A stretch of DNA of 24,000 nucleotides from Siminovitchia thermophila (GTDB lineage Bacteria; Bacillota; Bacilli; Bacillales; Bacillaceae_C): positions 13,349 to 37,348 of the forward strand of contig NZ_JAFBFH010000030.1 in the NCBI RefSeq assembly GCF_016909185.1. Direction: 5' to 3'. The notes beneath the pieces were generated by a model. It ran no database searches and was not told the origin of the DNA. It worked only from the letters and a program-made list of their open reading frames with translations. The position numbers and the translations under genes were made by a program. Below are positions 17,591 through 24,000 of this stretch, one piece after another; position 1 is the stretch's first letter, and each line of letters opens with the position of its first letter.

Positions 17591-17597
17591 TTATAAA

Positions 17598-18932
17598 TTA
17601 ATACAGCTTCATGTACTGCTCCCTTTCCCATGGGTGTACCTGGGTCCTAAACATTTCCCACTCAATCTCTTTTGCTTCAATAAAGTTTTCGAGGATGTGC
17701 GGTCCTAAAGCGTCTTTCATAACTTCGTCAGCCTTCAGTTCCTGCAATGCTTCGTGGAGATTGTGGGGTAAATCGACAACCCCTTCTTTCTCCCGCTCAT
17801 TTTTGTTCATGATATAAATGTTGCGGTCTACCGGTTGTGGAGGAGATAGTTGTTCTTTAACACCGCTTAATCCGGCCTTTAATAGGACGGCCATTGCAAG
17901 ATAAGGATTTGCTGTTGGATCGACGCTCCGAAGTTCAATTCTTGTGCTTTGCCCTCTTGATGATGGTATTCTGACAAGCGGGCTCCTGTTTTGGGCAGAC
18001 CAAGCAATATAACATGGGGCTTCGTAACCCGGGACGAGCCGTTTGTATGAATTGATCGTTGGATTTGTGATTCCTGTAAAGCCAGGTGCGTGCTTAATAA
18101 TACCTGCCATAAATTGAAATGCCGTTTCGCTCATTTCCAGCTCACCATTTGGATCATAAAAAGCATTCTTCCCGTTTTGAAATAGAGACATATTGAAGTG
18201 CATCCCTGATCCCGCTACACCAAATAGGGGCTTTGGCATAAACGTGGCATGCAGGCCGTGTTTTCGGGCAATTGTCTTTACGACAAGTTTAAATGTTTGG
18301 ATGTGATCACATGCACTGACGGCATCCGAGTATTTAAAATCGATTTCGTGCTGGCCGGGAGCCTCTTCATGGTGTGAAGCTTCGATCTCAAAGCCCATTT
18401 CTTCAAGCTCTAGCACAATGTCACGGCGGCAATTCTCACCAAGGTCGGTGGGAGCCAAATCAAAATATCCGCCGTTATCGTTTAATTCTAATGTCGGTTC
18501 ACCCTTTTCATCCAACTTAAAGAGGAAAAATTCTGGTTCCGGTCCAAGGTTGAACTCAGTAAATCCATATTCTTCCATTTCCTTTAAAACCCTTTTTAAA
18601 TTGCTTCGCGGGTCACCTAAAAATGGCTCCCCGGATTTATGGTAAACATCACAAATCAGTCTCGCCACTTTTCCCTTTTCGGCAGTCCATGGAAAAATGA
18701 CCCATGTATCAAGATCCGGCACCAAATACATATCGGATTCTTCTATTCTTACAAATCCTTCAATGGAAGATCCGTCAAACATCATTTTATTATCCAGTGC
18801 TTTCTCTAATTGGCTGATGGGGATTTCAACATTTTTTACTGTCCCCAAAATATCAGTAAACTGCAACCTGATAAACTTCACGTTTTGTTCTTCTGCCAGC
18901 TGTGTGATGCTTTCCCGTGTAAACATGCTCAT
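17598..18932 (-). CDS. glnA: glutamine synthetase type I
   Basis: 444 aa counted from the ATG at 18932 (MSMFTRESI...). AGGAGG lies upstream. It is colinear with and highly similar to B. subtilis GlnA ([58 protein letters not shown]). The 12-codon N-terminal extension in the track is not supported. Confidence 0.97.
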   Translation of the reverse strand: MSMFTRESITQLAEEQNVKFIRLQFTDILGTVKNVEIPISQLEKALDNKMMFDGSSIEGFVRIEESDMYLVPDLDTWVIFPWTAEKGKVARLICDVYHKSGEPFLGDPRSNLKRVLKEMEEYGFTEFNLGPEPEFFLFKLDEKGEPTLELNDNGGYFDLAPTDLGENCRRDIVLELEEMGFEIEASHHEEAPGQHEIDFKYSDAVSACDHIQTFKLVVKTIARKHGLHATFMPKPLFGVAGSGMHFNMSLFQNGKNAFYDPNGELEMSETAFQFMAGIIKHAPGFTGITNPTINSYKRLVPGYEAPCYIAWSAQNRSPLVRIPSSRGQSTRIELRSVDPTANPYLAMAVLLKAGLSGVKEQLSPPQPVDRNIYIMNKNEREKEGVVDLPHNLHEALQELKADEVMKDALGPHILENFIEAKEIEWEMFRTQVHPWEREQYMKLY

Positions 18933-19008
18933 GTGCGAATATTCCTCCTGGAATGACAGATTCAACATGACAAATCATCATGAAGTAAAGAAAAATATCA
19001 TGTACGAA

Positions 19009-19037
19009 ATGATAAATGCCACAGTTTCATCTGTCAA
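19009..19037 (-). promoter_or_regulatory. glnA promoter
   Basis: On the minus strand: TTGACA (complement of 19032-19037), a 17-nt spacer, then TATCAT (complement of 19009-19014). It lies about 75 nt upstream of the glnA ATG. Confidence 0.6.
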
Positions 19038-19045
19038 GAAAAAAT

Positions 19046-19074
19046 TTGAAAAAGACAGCAAGCTATTACTGTCT
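19046..19074 (-). terminator. ynbB terminator (weak)
   Basis: On the minus strand AAGACAG-n10-CTGTCTT followed by TTTTC, 20 nt after the ynbB stop. Confidence 0.45.
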
Positions 19075-19093
19075 TCCATATATATATATTCAC

Positions 19094-20365
19094 TTAATTT
19101 ACACGAATCAAACCTTTATCCAGCAAATAATCCACCGCAGTGGAAATGGCAATTTTTACATGGGCATATGTAAGGCCTCCTTGTACATATGCGGCATATG
19201 GAGGACGGATCGGGCCGTCGGCTGACAGTTCAATGCTGGCCCCTTGAATAAAAGTACCGGCGGCCATGATGACAGGATCATTATAGCCCGGCATTTCACT
19301 TGGATAAGGCATAACATACGAATCCACCGGTGATGCGGCCTGGATAGCCTGGCAAAACGCAACCATTAAATCGGCATCGCCAAACTGGACGGATTGTATT
19401 AAATCTGTTCGCGGCGCATCCCATTTCGGCTCCGTGTTCATCCCGATCTGTTGCAGAAAAGCCGATGTAAAGACAGCTCCTTTCAGTGCTTGCCCCGTAA
19501 TATGGGGTGCCAGGAAAAACCCTTGATACATTTCAAGCAGGCTGTAAAGGGAAGCTCCGGCTTCTGAGCCAAGGCCCGGGGATGTCATCCTATAGGAACA
19601 GTCTTCAACATATTTCGATTTCCCAACAATATAGCCTCCCGTTTTTACAATTCCTCCCCCGGGGTTTTTAATAAGTGATCCTGCCATCAAATCGGCTCCA
19701 ACATGGCATGGCTCACGTGTTTCTACAAATTCACCGTAGCAATTGTCAACAAAAACAATCAGCTCCGGGTTTATTTCTTTTACAAAAGCGATCATTTCAG
19801 CGATTTCTGCGATAGTAAATGAAGGACGGTCGTCATAGCCTTTCGATCTTTGTATACCAATTACTTTCGTCTTTGAATTGATTTTCTGTTGAACAGCTTG
19901 AAAATCCACTTTTCCTTCCTGAGTTAAAGGGACGGCTTCATAAGCGACGCCAAATTCCTTCAGTGATCCGCTGGATTTGCCGCGAATCCCAACAATTTCT
20001 TCCAGTGTATCGTACGGCTTTCCAGTAATATATAGCAATTCATCCCCGGGACGAAGCACTCCAAACAACGAAATAGCGATGGCGTGAGTGCCTGAGACAA
20101 TTTGTGGGCGGACAAGCCCGGCCTCCCCGCCAAACACATCGGCATAAATGCTTTCAAGTGTTTCCCGCCCCATATCATCATACCCATACCCGGTGGATGG
20201 ATGAAAATATGTATCGTTCACACGATGCTTTTGGAAGCATGCTAATACGCGATATTGATTTATTTCAATGAGCTTGTCAATTTCTTTGAGCTTACCCGAA
20301 ATTTTCTCTTCAACAGCTTCAATGACGGGGCCCAATTTCTCTCTATGTGTCAAGTACGTATACAT
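19094..20365 (-). CDS. ynbB: PLP-dependent Cys/Met-metabolism family protein YnbB (aluminium-resistance-protein family)
   Basis: 423 aa. It aligns with B. subtilis YnbB (LVRPQIVSGTHAI...FGVLRPGDELLYITGKPYDTLEEIVGIRG, SLIKNPGGG). It sits downstream of hflX, as in B. subtilis. Confidence 0.88.
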   Translation of the reverse strand: MYTYLTHREKLGPVIEAVEEKISGKLKEIDKLIEINQYRVLACFQKHRVNDTYFHPSTGYGYDDMGRETLESIYADVFGGEAGLVRPQIVSGTHAIAISLFGVLRPGDELLYITGKPYDTLEEIVGIRGKSSGSLKEFGVAYEAVPLTQEGKVDFQAVQQKINSKTKVIGIQRSKGYDDRPSFTIAEIAEMIAFVKEINPELIVFVDNCYGEFVETREPCHVGADLMAGSLIKNPGGGIVKTGGYIVGKSKYVEDCSYRMTSPGLGSEAGASLYSLLEMYQGFFLAPHITGQALKGAVFTSAFLQQIGMNTEPKWDAPRTDLIQSVQFGDADLMVAFCQAIQAASPVDSYVMPYPSEMPGYNDPVIMAAGTFIQGASIELSADGPIRPPYAAYVQGGLTYAHVKIAISTAVDYLLDKGLIRVN

Positions 20366-20380
20366 TTTTTGCTGACTCCT

Positions 20381-21628
20381 TCAAACTTCATATAATTTTA
20401 GCGATCCTGTTACAGGATGATCTGGAAGAACGTAACCTTTGCATTTATAGGCCTGTTCTTTCTCCAAAAAAGTTAATTCTCTCAAAATCGTGTCGCTCTT
20501 TAATACAGACAAAAGCCGCCCTTCATGTGAGGGAATGATTACATGATAGTACTCCATGGATGCTACGGCCATACTTTCAATTTTTTGTTTTAGCAGATTT
20601 CGGTCATTCTCATCAAACGCACTCATTAGAACCGCATCTCCTGAACTTGGAACAAAATCAGAATGAATTTGATCTGCTTTATTGTATACGGTCAATTGGG
20701 GCAAGTGTGCTATTTCCAGTTCTTTCAACAGCTCTCGAACTGTCTCTTCATGATTGCTATAGTCCGGGTTGGAACAATCAACAACATGCAGCAACAGATC
20801 CGCCTCACGCGCTTCTTCCAATGTAGAGCGGAAAGCCGCAACCAATGTAGTGGGCAAATCCTGAATAAAACCAACCGTATCTGTAATCAAAACCGAGTAT
20901 CCGCTTGGGAGGACAATTCTTCGTGTCAGCGGATCAAGCGTCGCGAACAATTTGTCTTCCGCAAACGACTCCGCCATCGATAAACGGTTGAATAATGTTG
21001 ATTTTCCGGCATTTGTATAGCCTACAATGGCGATTTGATACGTATTATTTCTTTTTCTCCGAGATCTGTAACCTTTACGATGTTGCACAATCGTCTCCAA
21101 TTGCCTTTTAATTTCGTCAATCCTCCGCCTGATATGCCGGCGGTCAGATTCAAGTTTTGTTTCCCCTGGTCCCCTTGTCCCAATACCGCCCCCAAGCCTT
21201 GACAAAGCAATTCCTTGGCCGGCGAGCCTAGGCAATAAATATTGCAATTGGGCAAGCTCTACCTGCAATTTCCCTTCTCTTGATTTGGCGCGCTGCGCAA
21301 AAATATCAAGAATGAGCTGTGTTCTGTCCAGCACCCTTCCAGAAAACTTTTCTTGAAGATTACGCAGTTGGGTTGGGGTCAATTCGTCATTGAAAATGAT
21401 TAAATCAGGCTCCAACTCTTCCACCAGCGACTGAAGTTCTTCCAACTTTCCTTTTCCCAAATAAGTTGAGGGATGGAGCCGTTCCCGTTTTTGTACCATT
21501 GTGGCCAGTACTTTCGCTTTGGCTGTAGTTGTCAACGAAGCCAGTTCATCCATTGAATATTGAAAATGATGCTCGTTTGCATCGAGCTGGCAACCGACAA
21601 GAATAGCTGTTTCTTCATGTTTGAGCAT
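20381..21628 (-). CDS. hflX: GTPase HflX (YnbA)
   Basis: It has an HflX N-terminal domain and a G domain ([21 protein letters not shown]). I prefer the ATG at 21628 ([12 protein letters not shown]...) with AGCAGGAGTG upstream. The 32-codon extension in the track lacks an SD. Confidence 0.93.
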   Translation of the reverse strand: MLKHEETAILVGCQLDANEHHFQYSMDELASLTTTAKAKVLATMVQKRERLHPSTYLGKGKLEELQSLVEELEPDLIIFNDELTPTQLRNLQEKFSGRVLDRTQLILDIFAQRAKSREGKLQVELAQLQYLLPRLAGQGIALSRLGGGIGTRGPGETKLESDRRHIRRRIDEIKRQLETIVQHRKGYRSRRKRNNTYQIAIVGYTNAGKSTLFNRLSMAESFAEDKLFATLDPLTRRIVLPSGYSVLITDTVGFIQDLPTTLVAAFRSTLEEAREADLLLHVVDCSNPDYSNHEETVRELLKELEIAHLPQLTVYNKADQIHSDFVPSSGDAVLMSAFDENDRNLLKQKIESMAVASMEYYHVIIPSHEGRLLSVLKSDTILRELTFLEKEQAYKCKGYVLPDHPVTGSLKLYEV

Positions 21629-21724
21629 TTTAGACACTCCTGCTTTCTTTACAATGTCTAAACACATCATAACAGATATGTTTGGAAAGAAAAAAGAAAC
21701 TCCGCCAGAAGTCGGAGTGGACAT

Positions 21725-22675
21725 TTAAGTATAGGTGTTATTTTTCGCAAAGACCAAATCGCGGCTATGAAGCGTCATCAAATTATTACGGTTCAACCTG
21801 CTTTCGGAAAGAAGCCGCATGGCCTGCGCCCGCACCGCGCCTTCGATAATATTGCGGACATACCGTCCATTGGAAAATGTGGATCTGTTCACACCTTTGG
21901 CGTATATAAGATGATCTTTCAATTTCGCTTCTGCTTCATGGGTAAATTCATATTGCTTCTCTCGTAACATGCGTCTGGCAATTTCCATTAATTCATTGAC
22001 AGAGTAGTCCGGAAAATGAAAGACAAGTGGAAACCTGGAGTGAAGGCCGGGATTTAAACTTAAAAAATAATCCATTTCTTTTGAATATCCAGCCAGGATT
22101 AAAATAAAGGTATGCTGTTTATCTTCCATATGTTTAACAAGGGTATCAATCGCTTCTTTGCCAAAGTCTTTCTCACCACCGCGGCCAAGTGAATAGGCTT
22201 CATCAATGAATAAAATACCGCCGGATGCTTTTTTGATTAAATCCCGTGTTTTTTGTGCAGTGTGGCCAATGTACTCGCCAACAAGATCAGCCCTTTCCGC
22301 TTCAATCAGATGTCCTTTAGGAAGAACCTCCATTTTATGGAGCAATTTGCCAATCAGCCTGGCGACAGTCGTTTTTCCTGTTCCCGGATTTCCTTTGAAC
22401 ATCATATGCAACACTTGAGGACCGGCTTTTAATCCTGCAGCTTCCCGTTTTTTGTTAATGTAAATCCACGCATAAATTTCCTTCATTGTTTTCTTTATGT
22501 GGTTGAGTCCTACAAGGGAATCCATCTCACTTTCAATTTCATTTAAGATGGCATGTTGGCCGGGCAATGATTTGGAAACAGCATGACCATGTCCATCTTT
22601 ATGTTTATCCCTTTTATGCATGTTGAGCATTATACTGATCTGGCCATTATTCTTCATCTTGATTGGTTCATCCAC
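21725..22675 (-). CDS. spoVK: stage V sporulation protein K (AAA+ ATPase)
   Basis: 316 aa with Walker A GNPGTGKTT, Walker B ILFIDEAY, and the CbxX/SpoVK-type C-terminal region. Synteny spoVK-hflX-ynbB-glnA matches B. subtilis. Confidence 0.92.
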   Translation of the reverse strand: MDEPIKMKNNGQISIMLNMHKRDKHKDGHGHAVSKSLPGQHAILNEIESEMDSLVGLNHIKKTMKEIYAWIYINKKREAAGLKAGPQVLHMMFKGNPGTGKTTVARLIGKLLHKMEVLPKGHLIEAERADLVGEYIGHTAQKTRDLIKKASGGILFIDEAYSLGRGGEKDFGKEAIDTLVKHMEDKQHTFILILAGYSKEMDYFLSLNPGLHSRFPLVFHFPDYSVNELMEIARRMLREKQYEFTHEAEAKLKDHLIYAKGVNRSTFSNGRYVRNIIEGAVRAQAMRLLSESRLNRNNLMTLHSRDLVFAKNNTYT

Positions 22676-22754
22676 AGCCCATCACCTCGCATTCAGAAAC
22701 AGTATACGCCCAATATGACATTTTGTTCCTCATATTGTTTGTATCCCATTATAT

Positions 22755-22797
22755 TCGAAAAAAGCCAGCCTCATTACATAAGGAGGACGACTGGGCT
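22755..22797 (-). terminator. possible terminator insulating the spoVK promoter
   Basis: On the minus strand AGCCCAG-n22-CTGGCT followed by TTTTTTC. The loop is large, so this is tentative. Confidence 0.35.
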
Positions 22798-23324
22798 ATT
22801 AATAAAAAAACGCTGCTTCCTGCAGTTTGGGGTTCTTTTTCTTTACGCCCATAAACTACTAACAAGCTCGGTTTCAACACTAAACGGAACAATTTATTTT
22901 CAACTGCCGTTTTCCTGAAAGATAGTTCGTGCCTCTGCGCAGCAAGTTGACGGGCCAGGAACCAGCTATTTAAAGCTAATCCGCCTGCCACTCCAAGTAA
23001 CAGGTGAGTACACATTCATTATATTAATGTTATGTTGAAAACATATTAGCATACCTTCTCGACTAACGAGTACCATACATTACATACATTTAGTAAAATG
23101 AACTTCCTCCCTTTTGGGAAATACTTTTAGAAAGCTAAATCTTCTGACACCTCTCCATCTATGCGTTTCAGTTTTTTACCCTTCATGAAAACGCTTCATT
23201 TTTTTCTAAAATAACACCTAGTGTTGCATTAATTAAATTCCACTTTTGAAAATACGCTAAATATTCAATTTTGTCATTTTTTGCATAGAAACCCATCCAA
23301 ATCCACTAAAAAGGACACAAACTC

Positions 23325-23989
23325 ATGGACAAAATTACACGAAAAACTTCATTTGGACAATGGTTTTCACCAATTAATTTTTCATTATTTGAAGAACAGG
23401 TGAAAACCATGAAATTAGATTTCTATACGAAAAAATTAACGACAGAGCCATTCCTAAAATTACTGCTTTTTGCGCAGCTACATGAAATAGAAAGTTTTCA
23501 TACGCTAAGTGATTGTCTTTTCGACGATCATCTTCTAAAAAGAGATTGACCTTGATTCGATCAGTATTTCGCAGCTGTCACGCCGATTAAATGGCATGAA
23601 TCCAGATCTATTTCAAGAGCTTCTCCTTGACTTAGTCTCACAAATGCATGCCATATACAAAACTTGTTATGCCGTTAAAAATCATAGATTCAAGCACATT
23701 GCCACTGAGTTTAACCAACCATAGGTGGGCAAAGTTCCGCAAGACAAAAGCCGGTGTGAAACTGCATCTACGCCTTGTATTTATGGAAAAAGGAACTTCC
23801 TATCCCGAAAAAGCCGTCCAAACAACGGCAAAAGAACACGACCGTGGTCAGCTTGAAATCATGGTGGATGACAAGGAGTGCATGTATGTGTTTGACCGTG
23901 GCTATCTGGACTACGAGCGCTTTGACCGCATGACTGATGACGGCTACTTTTTTCTATCTAGACTACGTAAAAACGCTGCCATGCGATAA
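23325..23989 (+). pseudogene. IS4-family DDE transposase (DUF4372-type N terminus), frameshifted and running off the window
   Basis: Three collinear pieces lie in three frames. Frame a (23325-23549) reads MDKITRKTSFGQWF...LLFAQLHEIESFHTLSD. Frame b reads EIDLDSISISQLSRRLNGMNPDLFQELLLDLVSQ. Frame c (23648-23989) reads KIIDSSTLPLSL...KAGVKLHLRL...YVFDRGYLDYERF, followed by an in-frame stop. Confidence 0.8.
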
Positions 23990-24000
23990 ATTTACAATTT

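Noticed and set aside
18942-18960. TGTCATGTTGAATCTGTCA (minus strand) considered as a GlnR/TnrA box.
   Set aside because: It is a direct repeat of TGTCA with 9-nt spacing, not the inverted TGTNA-N7-TNACA palindrome.
18697-19225. 158-aa and 69-aa + strand ORFs spanning the glnA start and the ynbB end.
   Set aside because: They are antisense to two strongly supported genes and cross the intergenic promoter and terminator, so they are shadow ORFs.
20381-21724. A 32-codon N-terminal extension of hflX, and likewise 12 codons on glnA.
   Set aside because: The extensions lack SDs and have non-conserved hydrophobic sequence. Internal ATGs with good SDs reproduce the B. subtilis protein lengths.
22749-23015. 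An 88-aa minus-strand ORF upstream of spoVK.
   Set aside because: No SD precedes its ATG, which lies 2 nt after a TATAAT. Its C-terminal part is encoded by terminator-like hairpins, and I recognised no family. It could be a remnant, so I mention it in the findings instead.

Overview
This is a chromosomal core region of a spore-forming Bacillaceae genome, read by eye from the sequence and ORF track with no searches run. Gene order matches two Bacillus subtilis blocks in reverse orientation. One block is lexA / yneA-like, yneB, ynzC, tkt, sirA, yneF, ynzD. The other is spoVK, hflX(ynbA), ynbB, glnA. The left end carries an EcsC-family gene and the sbcD-sbcC nuclease operon. The middle carries a DUF2621(YneK-like)-crcB-crcB unit with two small ORFs. 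The right edge carries a frameshifted IS4-family transposase. I did not find a convincing new multi-gene system such as a defence island, CRISPR array, RT or toxin cluster. Six things the ordinary annotation does not explain: (1) Two copies of an unclassified element, a long form of about 427 bp and a short form of about 208 bp. They share conserved 5' and 3' ends and imperfect terminal inverted repeats, and they bracket exactly the DUF2621-crcB transcription unit. (2) A LexA-controlled 61-aa single-pass membrane protein sits in the yneA position but lacks the LysM domain. (3) glnA has its own promoter and there is no glnR gene. (4) About 1 kb of non-coding DNA lies between glnA and a small secreted-protein gene, with stacked minus-strand terminators and two SD-preceded micro-ORFs. 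(5) The sirA promoter has a 21-nt spacer and Spo0A-box-like sequences. (6) A 25-codon ORF has its SD and 3' end joined by an 8-bp long-range inverted repeat. All of these are hypotheses from hand inspection.
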